This document shows, piece by piece, positions 40,866-54,992 of a stretch of 64,000 nt of DNA. The translations under genes were made by a program, and so were the position numbers. The notes beneath the pieces are model-generated. The model made no database searches. It worked only from the letters and a program-made list of their open reading frames with translations, and was not told the DNA's origin. The stretch comes from Lama guanicoe (Eukaryota). The DNA lies in contig MU054001.1 in NCBI GenBank assembly GCA_013239625.1, forward strand, positions 1,866,151 to 1,930,150. The letters are read 5' to 3'. How positions within the stretch are numbered: position 1 is the first letter of the stretch; every line of letters begins with the position of its first letter.

Positions 40866-41110
40866 TGTCATGTTCACTCATGCTGGTCACAACAAATCTG
40901 GGTACGATATTCAAGCCTGCTTGTATAATTTAAAGAAGAATACAGACAAAGTGGGACTTATTTAGAGGACAGCAACCAGATTGGTGAAGTTACTTGAAAT
41001 CATGCTTCTCAGAGTTTCTCTCCTCAGTCCTCACCTCATTCTAGATATTTTCCCTGGGTAAGACCATCCTCTATCATTTATATACTGACAACTTCTAAAT
41101 TTTTATGTCT

Positions 41111-41232
41111 GGGAGGGAGGGTATAGCTCAAGTGCTAAAGTGCATGGGTCCTGGGTTCAATTCCCAGTACTTTCTCTAAAAATAAATAAACAAACAAACA
41201 AACCTAATTCTCCTCTCCCCTCCTCAATTTTT
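41111..41232 (+). mobile_element. vic-1-like SINE with an internal deletion
   Basis: ggagggtatagctcaagtg...gtcctgggttcaattcccagtac...aaataaataaacaaac; flanked by ttttatgtct on both sides (TSD). Confidence 0.85.
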
Positions 41233-42484
41233 TTTTTATGTCTAGTACCATCTTTCCCACTGCCTCCTGGAATTCTTCAGAAGTATAAACTCAATAGGTT
41301 CAAAATCGACCTTTCTTCTAAACTCTTTCTCCTAGGTGCTTTATTTGGCTAATGGCACTGTAAAACCGACCTATCTGCCTGAAGTATTTCCCCACTTTAA
41401 CCTATGTACAACGTGACCAAGAGTAAGTTTTGTAAAACAAAGAGATTGACTATCACTTGCAATGGAAACCCACAGTTCCCTAATGGGGGACATATGCCCT
41501 TCAAATTTTTTCTCTTTTTCCACCCCACCATCTCTCCACATCCCCTACAATCTAATCATGCCAATCTACTTGTTATCTTTCTAACCATGTCCTATTATTC
41601 ATTTTCCATGCTATTACTCATGCTAACTGTAGGACCTCAAATGGTGGATCTAGAATGATAGGCACCAGAAGACAATGGGGGAAATTATTTTGGCTCAATA
41701 TAAGAAAGGAATCTGAAATAGAGCTCTCTGAAGACTACGATAACGAGTTCCTTATTACTAAAGTTACATATTCAAATCTTAAACAGGTTAACCAAGATCT
41801 CCATAGAGATACTGTAAAGAGGAGTCCAGTAGTATATAAGTGACTGTCTGGATAAGCCTTAAAATTCCTTCTGATCTTGTCATTTTATGACTCCTTGCAT
41901 TTAAGAATTGCTGTTTTTAATGTAGTATGCCAACATTAGTTATTAGTAAGTTTCAACAAGGTTTATAGGCATATAAAACAACCTATACTATATATCTTTA
42001 ATTGATCTAAGAATTCCATATTAAGTTCCTCAAATCTGAAGATGATATTAAATTATACAAAATTGCAAAAAATTAGGAATTTAATATACTTCAAAATAAT
42101 TCTAATAAATTGCGGGTGGGGGGAGGATGGGACTCACCCTACTTTAAAGATAGGATGAAATGGAATATTAGGAAGATTAAGCTCAAGTTGCTATAAACCC
42201 AGAAACTAAAACTGTCACTTCAACTACAGAATGGAACATTATTCACAAAGCACAAATTAAATAGAGGGGAAAAAAGGGCATAAATAGCTAATCACAGTCT
42301 AAATATGCATTTTCAACATAGCTATAGGACAGCAAATATAGTAAAGCTATTACAAAGAATATACTATCTCATAATCATACAGGATTACACTGCATTATAT
42401 AATATGTGCCAGAAAACACTCCTGCTACACTAGTTAGATGGTTACTATAGTTTTTACTTAAGCAAAATGGAAAAGTTTTAATAG

Positions 42485-43455
42485 GAAAAAATGGGCAACA
42501 TCATCAAAATTAAAATTTTCTGTACTTCAAAGGACACAGACAACCCATGGGAGAATGAGATAAAAGGGTGACGAAGAGAAAAATTTTGCAAATCATATAT
42601 CTGATAAGGAGGTTGTATCTAGAATATAAAAAAAATCTACAACTTAATAGTAAACACATAATTCAATTAAAAAGTGGGCAAAAGATCTGAATGGACATTT
42701 CTCCAAAGAAGATATACAAATGGCTAGTAAGCACATGAAAAGACACTAAACGTCATTAGTCATTAGGGAAATGCGTATCAAAACCATGAGATACCACTTT
42801 ACCTCCACTAGGATAGGAGGAAAATAGTAACAGAAAATAACAAGTGTTAGTGAGGATATAAAGAAGCTGAAACTCTCTAACACGGCTGTTAAGAATGCAG
42901 CCACTCTGAAAAACAGTCTGGCAATTCCTCACATGGTATATACCCAAAGGAATTTAAAGCAAGGATTCATATAGATACACAACAATGTTTACTGCAGTAT
43001 TATTCATACAAAGAGGAAACAACCCAAATGTCCACCAACTGATGAATGGGTAAATAAAATGTGCTATATTGCTATTATTTGACAATATTATTTGACAATA
43101 AAAAGAATTAAGTACTGATATGTTTAAATCATGAACTCTGAAAACATGCTAAATGAAAGGAGCTAGTCACAAAGGACTGCATATTATATGATTCCATTTT
43201 ATATGGCATGTCAAGAATAGGCTAATATACAGAGATGGAAAGCAGATTAGTGGCTGCCAAGGGATGGGGTTAGAGGGATTGATGAGTGTTGGATACAGGT
43301 TATGGGGGTTCTTTGGAGAATAATGAAAATGTTCTAAAATTATTTGTGGTAATAGATACACAACTCTGTGAATACACTAAAGCCACTGAACTATATACTT
43401 TGGATGGATTATTTAGTATATGAATTATACCTCAATGAAGCTATTTGATAAAGAA
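42485..43455 (+). mobile_element. Old L1M (L1MB-like) 3' end
   Basis: gggcaaaagatctgaatggacatttctccaaagaagatatacaaatggc...atgaaaatgttctaaaatt...ctcaatgaag. Confidence 0.85.
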
Positions 43456-44714
43456 AAATTATATGGGCAAAATTATTTTGAGTCTTCTAATTTTTACTGT
43501 ATCTCTTAAATAAGGATGAAAGTTATAGTGGTCAATTAAAAATTTATTTTCTTCAACCTAATTACTAACTAATTTTACTTAGCAAGTATTTGCAAGGCAG
43601 ATTTTTTTCTGAGAACAAAATAAAGCAAGTGAATTCACTATGAAAAATTTGGCTAAGTTACAATGGAAGTCTGTTAGTCTTCTCAAAATATTTCATCAGT
43701 CTGATATAACTTTGAAGCTATGGCAATGTTAAAATAAGCAAGTAATGGTAAATATATATTATACTCTTGTAAAATTTTAAAATAAACAAGAACTCTAGAA
43801 TACACACAACTTTTAAATAACTAAAGAAAAACAACTTTTGAAAATAAGCTATTGTGATTAGTTTAGTCAAAATTTAAAACTTCAATAAAAAAACTAAAAT
43901 GGTCCTACTGATTCTGCCACAAATGATAAAACCTGTTGCCCATCCTATACACTTGTTATCAAGTGATACAGTGCATATTAAAATACATGCAACATGTTTT
44001 TATTATCATTAATAACAGTAAGTGATTTTAGAATTGGGGGAGAATGTCACATGACAACTCAGAAAATAATGGAATATTAGTGAGAATTAGAATTTGAAAT
44101 TTAGTTCATCTAGAATTTTTACTTTCATTTTTTAAAAGTTAGGAAGTCCAGAGACTGAGCAATAAATGTTAATTGAAAGGGTATAAATATTAAATTAGTA
44201 TGGAATCAATACTGCCCTTCAGTTATTTAGAGCTGACCCTTTCAAAGGTCACAAGGACTGCTAAGTTCTGTATTCAATAAGGGTTAAAGTAGGGAAGCAA
44301 CTGTACTCTTTCCATCCAAGCTTTTATATTCATTCCTAGATCTACTTTTCTGTCCTCTTCTGAGAATTTTACTGATAGGATACAGACATATACCAAATAA
44401 TCTCCTACCCAGAGCCAAAGTATTTCTGATTAAATTCCCAAACATATCACAAATACGAAAACCACAAAAGACATTACTTTTTCTTTTTAATTTCCTTCCA
44501 CTGCTTTAGGGTTTTTTTTTTTTTTAACTTGAAAAATGTTTGGTTCTTGTAGCAAGCAGTAAAAAGTTAATACTCTATTTCTTCTGCCTTCCTTCCCCAC
44601 TCTTACCTGCTCAAGGACATTGCAACAGTCATTCTTGCTTCTCTCTCCTGAGTTATCAATTTTTCTCATTCTACTAAATCATTCTCATATGCATACAAAC
44701 AAGCTGTTATTACA

Positions 44715-47700
44715 GCTTAGGAAGTAACTAAAATATATATAGAAAAGAAAACAGGGAATCAAAATGGTACACTACCAAAAAAAATCAATTTAATACAAAG
44801 AAAAGAGTAATGATTGGAGGAATGAAGAGCATGTAAGACAGAAAAAAGCAAATAGTGAACTGACAGAATTAAGTTTTCCTTATCAGTACTTACTTTGAAT
44901 GTAAATGAATTAAATTCTCTAATTAAAAGAAAGATATTGGCAGAATGGATAAAAACAAAAACAAAACACCATGATCCATCTATATGTTATCTACAAAACA
45001 CTCACTTTAAATACAGAACATAAGGAGGTTAAAAATGAAAGGATAGAAAAAGATATCCCATGCAAAGGAGAACTACAGTGGCTATACTTTCATCAAACAA
45101 AAGACTTTAAGTCAAAAAGGTTACAAGAAACGAAGAAGAACATTATATGTTGATAAAAGGTTTAATCCATCAAAAATATGTAATAATCATAAACATATAT
45201 GCACCTAACAATAGAGCCACAAATTTTATGTAGCAAGAATTGAAGAGAAATATACACAGAATTGAAGGGAAAAATAGACAGTTCTACAATAATAACCGGA
45301 GACTTCAATATCCTATGTTCAATAATGGATAGAACACCCATACAAAAAATCAATAAGGAAAATAGAGGATGTGAACATTATAAACCAATTAGACCTAAAA
45401 TACATATACAGAACATTCCATCCAACAATAGCACAAAATGTATTTTTCTCAAATGTGCGTGAAACATTCTGCGGGACAGATGATACAGTAGGTCACAAAA
45501 CAACTTTTAATACATTTTAAAGCCTGAAAGTATACAAAGTAGCTTTCTGACCCCAATGGAATAAATCTGGAAATCAGTAACAGAAGCAGAACCAGAAAAA
45601 ATTCACAAATATATGGAAGTAAACAAAACACTCTTAAATAACCAATGCATCAAAAGAAAAATAATCATCACTCAAAAGAGTAAAAATCAAAACACATCAG
45701 TTGCAAAATTTATGGGACATAGTGAAAGCAATGTTCCAATGAAAATGTACATGTGTAAACAACTACACTAAAAAAGAAAGATCTCAAGTCAATAACCTAG
45801 CTGTGCATCTTAAGGAAATTAAAAAAAAAAAGCAAACAAACCAAAAGGCTGCAGAAGGAAAGAAATGATAAAGATTAGAGATGAATGAAATCAAGAAAAG
45901 AAAAGCAATACAGGGAAAAAAATCAATGAAATCTTATCATTAGTCCTCTGAAAAGATCAACAAAATTGACAGACCTTTAGCCAGACTAGCTAAGGAAAGA
46001 GAGAAGATCCAAATTACTTAAAACAGAAACACAAGAGAGAATGTTAATATAGGTGTTACAAAAATAATGATTATAAAATGATAGTATCAATAATTGTTCA
46101 CCAACAAATTGGACAACCTAGATGAAATGGACAAACTACCATACAAATTATCAAAACTCAGTCAAAAAGAAATAGGAAATCTAAACCGATCTATAATAAG
46201 TAAGGAGATTCAATCTGTACTCCAAAACCTTCCAACAAATAAAAGTCTAGGACCAGATAGCTTTAATGGTGAATTCTACCCTAAATATTTGAAGAATTTA
46301 TACCAATTCTTCTTAAATTCTTCCACAAAAGTGAAAAGATTGGAACATTTCTCTTTCTAAATCATTCTGTGAGGTCATTACTCTGATACTGAAGCTAAAC
46401 ACATTACCAAAACAAAAAAGCAAACAAACAAAAAAAAACAACTAAAGACTAACAACCCTAATGAATATATATGAAGAAATCACCAACAAAATACTAGCAA
46501 ACCAAATCCAACAGATTACACACACATGTACAACATATATATCATGACCAAGTGGGACTTATTCTAGGCATATAAAGGTAATTAACATACAAAAATTAAT
46601 CAATATCATACATCATACTAATAGAATGAAGGAAAAAACACATCATCTCAACTGATGCAGAAAAAGCATTTGCATTTGACAAAATATAACACCCTTCCTG
46701 TTAAAAACACTCAGTAAAATAGGAATAGAAAGAAATTTCCCCAATTTGATAAAAGCCATATATCAACTTACAGCTAACATAATACTCAAAGTTAAAAGAA
46801 CATGTTTTTGCCCCAGTATCAAGAACATGACAAGGATGCCTACTTACACCACTTCTACTTAACATAGTACTGGAAAATCCAAGCAGACAAAATAGGCAAA
46901 AAAGTAAAATTAAATGCATCCAGAGTAGAAAGAAAGAAGTACAACTATCTCTATTCACAGATAACAAGATCTTATACAAAACTATAAATAACACACACAC
47001 ACAGAGCTAATAAATGAATTTAGCAAAATTGCAGGCTACAAATCTGTGCAGAAAAATCAGTTATATTTCTGTAAGACAGCAATCACCATTCCAAAAAGGA
47101 AATTAAGAAAACAACTACAGACAAAACATAAGTTCATACTGTATAGCACAGGGAACTATACTATCTTGTAGTAACTTATGGTGAAAAAGAATATAAAAAT
47201 GAATATATGTATGTTCATGTATGAAGCATTTTGCTGTACACCAGGAATTGACACAACATTGTAAACTGACTATACTTCAATAAAAAATACATATACATAA
47301 GTCATTTATAAGAAAAAAGTAAAGTAATAGTTTAAGCTGAAAAAGAAAGGAAAAGAATTCCATTTACAGTATCATTAAAAATATTTAGTTATAAATTTAA
47401 TATAGGCCATGTAAGATGTGGACACTGAAGACTAAAATATTTCTGAAAGAAATTTAAGTACATGTAAATAAATGGAAAGACATCCTGTGAATAATCAAAT
47501 TTAAACAAATCAAAGACATGAATTGGAAGACTTAATATTACCAAGATGACAATAATACTCCAAGTGACCTACAGATTCAATGCAATTCCTATCAAAACCC
47601 CAATTATGCTTTTTGCAGAAATGGAAAAACTCATCTGAAAATTCATATGGAATTTTAAGGGACCCAGAATAGTCAAAATATATCTTGACAAAGAACAAAG

Positions 47701-49082
47701 TCTGAAGACTCACACTTCTCAATTTCAAAACTCATTATAAAACTACAATTATCAGAACAGTGTGGTAACTGGCATAAGGATAGACATACAGACCAAAGGG
47801 ATGGAATTGAAAGCCCAAGAAAATACCCTCACACCTATGGTCAACTGGTTTTTGATAAGGATGCCAAGACAATTCAATGGGGGAAAATAGTCTCTTCCAC
47901 AACTGATGCTGGGAAAACTGAAGAGGCACCTGCAAAAGAATGAAGCTGAACCCTTACCCTATACCATATACAAAAATTAACTCAAATAGTTCAAAGATCT
48001 AATTTAAAAGCTAAAACTATATAACTCTTAGAAGAAAACATAAAGGCAAATGACTTTGGATTTGGCTATGATTTCTTAAATATAACACTAAAAGCACAGT
48101 TGACGATAGAAAAAAAAAAACTGGACTTCATAACAATTGAAAACCTGTGCATCAAAGGACACTATCAAGAGAGTGAAGACAAATCACAAAATGGGAAGAC
48201 AACCCAACTTAAAAATGAATAAAAGACTTCAATAGACATTTCTCCAAAGATCTGTTCTCCAAAGACATTTCTTCCAACACATGAAGAGATACTCTACATC
48301 AGCCATTAAGGGAATGCAAATCAAAATCACAATGAGATATCATTTCATACCTACTAGGGATGTTATAAAATAAAGGAAAATAAAAAGTGTTGAGGAGAAT
48401 GTGGAGAAACTGGAACCCTCATACACTGCTGGTAGGAATGTAAAATGGTACAGCCATTGTGGAAAAGAGTGTGGCAGTTCCTCAAAATATTAACAAAGAA
48501 TTACCATATAACCCAGCAATTCTATGCCTAGGTATACACTATACACCCAAAAGAATTAAAAGCAGGACTTAAACAGATATTTATACAATAATGTTCATAG
48601 CAGCATTATTCACACTAGCCAAATGTTGAAAAAATCCAAGTGCCATCAACAGATAAACAAAATCAGGTATATACATAAAATGGAATATTATTCAACCACA
48701 AAAAGTGAATGAAATTCTTATACATTCTGCAACATAGATGAACCTTATAAACACTGTGCTAAATATAAGAAGACACAAAAGGAAAAAATGTATGATTCCT
48801 CTTATATGAAATGTCTAGAATAGGCAAATTCATAGAAACAGGAAGATTACAGGTTACCAGGGGCTGGTAGAGGAAAAAGGAGAGAGTTATTTCTTAATGA
48901 GTAAAGAATTTCTGTTTGGGTGATGAAAATATTTGGAAATAGTGGTGATGGTTACACAACATTATGTATAGAAATGCCACTGAATTGTACACATAATGAT
49001 TAAAACAGCAAATTTTATCATATGTGTGTATATATATACACACACACATATATATATCTTACCACCAAAAAAGAAAAAAAAA
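44715..49082 (+). mobile_element. Decayed L1 covering most of ORF2 (endonuclease, RT, C-terminus) plus 3'UTR and A tail
   Basis: Frame-broken ORF2 peptides in the track (KGKIDSSTIITGDFNI; NKLDNLDEMDK...LPTNKSLGPDSFNGEFY), plus tcaactgatgcagaaaaagcatttg and a terminal A-run. Confidence 0.92.
47117..47357 (+). mobile_element. Younger L1 3'UTR fragment inserted into the older L1
   Basis: tactgtatagcacagggaactat...tgacacaacattgtaaactgactatacttcaataaaaaa interrupts the host at aaggaaattaagaaaacaa|ttccatttaca. Confidence 0.8.
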
Positions 49083-49559
49083 GCCATACTCCTTCCTAGG
49101 GGCCTTTGCACTTGTTGAGTACACTTTCTTCACTTCATATAAATTCTTTTCTCAAAAGTAACTTTCTCACTGAGGCCTTTCCTGACCAACCTAACTAAAA
49201 TGTCATCATTCCCTCCAACACTTCACATTCTACCTGCCCCCACCCCCGCTTTTTTTGCCTTAGTATTAGTTAACATTCTATATATTTATCTGTTTAAAGC
49301 CTATGTTCCCCAGAAAAATCTAAGTTCTAAGAGGTCAGAAATTTTTATGTGATGTATCTTTATCATATGGTAAGCAGTCAAAAAATACTCATTCATAGAA
49401 TATACACATAAAACTTTGGAATATACACATAAAACACATAGGAATGCTATGTAATGCAGAAACTGTTTTTGTCCTCTTAAAAAATTTTATGTGAGACTTT
49501 TTAAAAAATGGCATTAGTGATTATCTGGACATTGAGCCTATGACCCATTTAAAAAATAT

Positions 49560-50545
49560 TTTTTATTTTTTTCTTTGTTTTATTGAGATATACTTGACAT
49601 ACAGCACTGTGTAAGTTTAAGTGGTACAGTATAATGATTTGACTTACATATATCATGAAATAGTGACCCAATAATTTTAGAGATCCTCCATTATTCATAT
49701 AGATACAAAATCAGAGAAATGGAAAAAAATTTTTGTGATGAGAACTCTTAGGATTTACTCTGTGAACAACATTCATATATAAGATATAGAACTGTTAATT
49801 TATCATGTTGTACATTACATCCCTAATACTTATTTATCTTATACTGGAAGTTTGTATCTTTGGACTGCCTTCATCTAATTCCCCCTCCCCTCAGCCCTCA
49901 CCCCTGCCTCTGGTAAACAAAAATCTGATCTTTGTTTCTTTGATTTTATATGTTTGTTTGAAGTATAATTGACCTACAAAGCTACTGTAGCTCTTGTTAC
50001 ACAATATAGTTATTTTTTCCTATACATTTCAAAATGATCACCATGGTAGGTCTAGTTACTGTGTCACCACACAAAGGTATTATTTAACTAACAATATTCC
50101 CCACACTGTACATTTCATACTAGTGATTCATTTATTTTGCAACTGGAAGGTTGTACCTCTTAATATCCCTCACTTCTTTTTTTTCCTTCTCCCATCCTCT
50201 TTCCTCTGGCAACCATCTGTTTGGTTTCTGTATGCATAACTCTATTTCTGTTTTGTTATGTCTATTTGTTTTGTTTTTTAGATTCCACATATAAGTAAAA
50301 ATCATACAGTATTTGTCTTTCTCTTTCTGACTTATTTCACTTAGCATAATACCTTCTAGGTCCATCCATGCTGTTGCAAATAGCAGGATTGCACTCTTTT
50401 TTATGGCTGATATTCCATTATTATATATACCACATGTTCTTTATCTATTCATCCACTGATGGGCACTTGGGCTGCTTCCATGTCTTGGCTATTATAAATA
50501 ATGCTACAATGAACACAGGGGTGCATATGTCTTTTCCAATTAGTT
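49560..50545 (-). mobile_element. L1 3' end (ORF2 C-terminus plus long 3'UTR)
   Basis: ORF 50132-50365 MDLEGIMLSEISQKEKDKYCMI is an L1 ORF2 C-terminus; a T-rich tail lies at the left. Confidence 0.88.
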
Positions 50546-50564
50546 TTTTTCCCCAAAAACAGAA

Positions 50565-50960
50565 TTTTTTTTAAAGTTTTAATTGTGGTAAAACATACAC
50601 GAAATAAATCATCTTAAATATTTTTAAGTGTACAGTTTAGTAGTTTTAAGCATATTCATTGCTGTGCAACTAATCTCTAGGATTTTTTCATCTTGCAAAT
50701 TTGAAATCCTGTACTCATTTGTTTAAACAGCTCCCCATTCTCCTTCCCCTGGTCCTAGCCCTTGGCAACCACCAATCCACTCCCTGTTTCTAATGATTTT
50801 GACTACACTGGATACCTCATCTAGGTAGAATCATACAGTATTTTTTCTCTGTGTGTATAACTGACTTATTTCACTTAATATTATCAAGGTTCATCCATGT
50901 TTTAGCATATGTCAAAATCTCCTTCCTTTTTTAAAGCTGAATAATATTCCTGTATGTATA
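50565..50960 (-). mobile_element. Old L1M 3'UTR fragment
   Basis: ttttaagtgtacagtttagtag...cccttggcaaccacca...caaggttcatccatgtt. Confidence 0.8.
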
Positions 50961-51379
50961 TTATAGCCGATTAAAATTTTTTTCCAGTATTTTCCAAACA
51001 CGTTGAGTGCAGAAAATGGGTCTCACTCATCTTTATCCCTAACAACTACAAGTATAATTCCTGGCACATAGTAAACATTCAAATGATTTCAAGAATTCAA
51101 TGTCATTACATGAAACAAAACAAAACCTCTTGATTCTTAATATTTACTTCAATAGCTTAGATTCAAAAGCATTCTTTTAAGCAACAATGTATCATTTTTG
51201 ACTTTAAGAATGTTTCTATTCAACTGTACACTTAAAAATGGTTAACGTAGTTAAATTTTATGTTTATATATTGACCCCCCCCACACACAGAGTATGTCTC
51301 AATGATCCAATTTGAAGCTTAATTTCCAGTTATCCCTCAAAGAATCCTACTTTCATTGATAAGTCATTCTACAAGGGGC

Positions 51380-51572
51380 CCTACAGTACAGTGGTTAAAA
51401 GGGCTCTGAAAAGAGACTAGTAAGGCTGGAATTCTGTCTTTAGCACTTGTTAGCTATGTAACCTTAGGCAATCACTTAATCATTTTGAAGCTGTTTCTTC
51501 ATCTATAAAATGGGGACTGTAACAGTACTGATCTCATAGAACTGTAGTAAAATAATCCATATAAAGCACTGT
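51380..51572 (+). mobile_element. MIR SINE relic
   Basis: cagtggttaa...tagctatgtaaccttaggcaatcacttaa...gtttcttcatctataaaatgggg. Confidence 0.7.
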
Positions 51573-54399
51573 ATACTGTTTTCAAACTGTGCTCCATAGA
51601 TTACTGGGTAGTCCTTAGACACTGAAAGGAAGAAATGGCTTTAGACTTCCCTTTCCCCTATTTCTTCTGCTATAAAAAATTTCACCCTGAGTATTTTCCT
51701 TTTATTTATTTTAAGATCGAGCTTTCCAGTAGGATTTTTTAAAAACAAAGGATTCCTTGGTTTAAAAGAACTGAAACCACTAATCTAAATAGCACTCAAC
51801 TAACACTTACATTAACATCTTAGTTTGCAGATCGCCATTGACTAAATTCAATTACTTACATTATTGGCATTCATACTTAATTTACTGTTGCTCTGCATCT
51901 CACAGAAAGGGAAATCTTTAAAATACAATCTCATCACTACTCTTGGTAAAAGCTAACTGGGAATAACTAATTCGAGGCTGATACTGAAAACAGATTACAA
52001 GTTTCCTAGTTGCTACTGAGTCAGGTCAAGTTGTTTAATTGAGGCAGTCCTGAACATCAATCATACTTATAACCAAATTAAGTGTGTGTGTACATGTGTG
52101 TGCATATGTGTGAATATATATATATATATATTCTATTAATATTTAAAACAGGAAATTGATTTAAATGCAGAATTGTCCAAAGTTTGAAATACACTAAAAA
52201 CTGAGATCCAGGTTGATTATCACCATCTAGCTTGCAGAGTTGTTACAGGGTTTAGAAATACATTCAAAGTTCCTAAAATATAGTAAGTGCTTACTAAATG
52301 TAGCTTCCCCTCTCACACTTGTTATCTCTTTTCTGACTTCCCAAGAGCCAATACAGTCACTCAAACCTTCCCATGGCTGTTAGGCTTCTCTAGACCTCCT
52401 TGGATTCCTTCATTACTTATCTCCAATGCTGTCCTCTCATCACCTTCAATACCCTTCTGTCCTTTTTAACTCAATCCACCAAACTGTATTAACATCACCA
52501 CTGTAATTTCACCACCCTGCTTCAGTCCAATTTGATTGAATTAACATTTCTGAATAGTTGTGATACTTATAATATTTATTATATGTCTGGCACCTAACCT
52601 TTACCTTCAATGTAGTCCTTGCTTTTGCTTAATGTTTAAATTCCTTTTTCTTTGCTTCTAGGCTATCTCTTTGCATTTATTTCATGTTTTCCCTCCTCAA
52701 TCCTAACTTCCCCATTCACACACAAGAATTTTGCCTCTTAGTCTTCTGAGGTTTTCCAACTGAAATTCACCAATCATCTTTTCAGAAGCATCTATCCCTT
52801 TTTTCTTCTACTATTCTTGTAAGAGGAAGCATGACTCTTCTCCAAAGATAAATCTTCCATGTCTTAACACCTACCGTTACATCTAGCCTTTCAAAGGGGC
52901 TCATGCCCACACACATTGCACCTCTCTGGAGGATCTTTAATCACCCCCTGCAATTGCCTGCTTCCCTTCTAACAGACATCAGCAGATACCTGCTACCTTA
53001 ACAAAAACGTACAAATAAAATCTTGTTCCTATCCTTCCTTTCAAAGACAAATATCAAAAATAAATTATCCACCACCTCCATTTTCCAAATAATTTACTCA
53101 TTTGCTTGTTAAATTCTTGTACTTTAGTTTCTTCCCCCATAAGATTACTGCAACTATACTTTCAAAGATGTCTAACAACTGCCTAGACAAATCCAAATGT
53201 TCTCTTATTCCCTGTCCTTGACCACTGAGAAACACTCACCATTACTAACCAAAGTGACAGCAGAAACTAAGCTCAAATGCTATCTTCCATATGACACCTC
53301 CAATCATCTATGCCTCTCCATCTATCATATACTATTCAGGCTTTTGGTGCTTAAAAGAACAAGGCCTATGACTTAATCATCTCAGATACCAGCTACCACT
53401 GTGCTTGGTCCATAATAAATGCTGTTTAAAATTTTTCTGAATTCAATTCAATTAACCTAACTACTCAGCCTTCTAGAAATTCTCTTAGCTTCTATGACAC
53501 TACACTATCTTGGATTTTCTCTCCTATGGCTTTGCTTTTCTGATTGACTTAAAGTTGTTTAATAGATACAAATTCCTATGCAGTGATTTAATTTCTATCA
53601 AATCCACTTAGCATTTCAAATTCAGTCAAATGTTGACCCATCTTCCTCAACATATCCTCTATAATGTGATATCACATTCAGATCTTTGAGAAATTCAAGT
53701 CTGTTTTTCTTGGAATACTATAGATTCTTAAAAATTGTTTTCTTACCACTGATACAAAATAAAGATACAAAACCCAATTTCCCACTATTTTAATGAGACC
53801 ATATAGCATCTCATTGCCCTCCTTGAAGTCTCTGACCAAAAGCATATTAAGAAAGCAAGTCTGAGTCCCTATTTATATAATGATATGTACCCCTATCAGT
53901 AGCTCAAGGAACTTTGGTCATTTCTGACACACTTCTATTCATCGCAGGAATAATAACATATCTTCAGAATAATTTCCCCCTCTTTCCCCAGGGCCTTTTT
54001 CAAAGTATCATGTACATTTCACTTAATAACTATCAAATTCACTTTGACTAAAAGTTTTATACTTTTCCATCACCCTCAAGATTTAAGTTATAGATGTTTT
54101 TTTTTGTTCTTACTGAACCATACCCCCTAAAATGTGCTTTTAAAAAAACCAAACATTTTTAAGGATCAAGAAAAAAGTGCCTCTTATTTGACTATCACTT
54201 TGAGAATACAAAACCATGTTTGTTCTAATCTGCTGTAATCCAACAGGCACAACATGGGTACTCATTTGTCGACCAAAAATCTTTTTATTTGCTATTCCAT
54301 ATTCCTTTGTACTACATCTCACTTAGAGATTAAAAAAAAAGCACAAGATTCTTCAAATATAGTGGTATTTTAATCAAAACACATAACAATATATAATTG

Positions 54400-54992
54400 G
54401 CATTCTCATTCACTGCTAAAGGTAGTGTAAACTGGAACGACAAATTTGGAAAACTATATGGCATTATTGCTAAATTTGAACACATAAATAACTGTAACCA
54501 GCTTTTCCATGTCTAGGACTATATACTCCACAGGAATGTATGCCCATGTGCACCAGAAGACATGGACAGAAATGTTCAAAGCAGTATTATTCATAACAGC
54601 TCCAAACTGAAAACATGCCCATCATACATTAGAATCAACAGCAATGAGAATGAGTGAAGTACTCCTACATGGAAAAACACAGATTAGTCTCAGACATAAT
54701 GTTAAGCAAAAGCATATTATATTATTCCATTAACATAAAGTTCAAAAACAGGCAAACTACTCTATGGTTTTAGGAATAAGCATTAACGGCTACCTCTGGG
54801 AAGGCTGAAAGGGAATGATAACTGGGAAGGGAGTATGAGGGGAGCTTCTGGGGTGCCAATAATAGGAACATTCTATTCCTTGACCTAGGTGGTAGTTTCA
54901 CAGAAATGTCTACTTTGTAGTAAGTTATACAGCTATATACTTAAGATTTACACTTTTCTGAATGTCAATTATAATCTAATTAAAAAAAAAAC
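54400..54992 (+). mobile_element. Ancient L1 (L1ME-like) 3' end
   Basis: gtgcaccagaagacatg...gttcaaaaacaggcaaaact...gagggg.gcttctggggtgc...tgacctaggtggtagtt. Confidence 0.75.

Noticed and set aside
44715..49082. Active L1 or functional reverse-transcriptase gene
   Set aside because: ORF2 is broken into short frames, interrupted by another insertion, and lacks a recognisable 5'UTR/ORF1.
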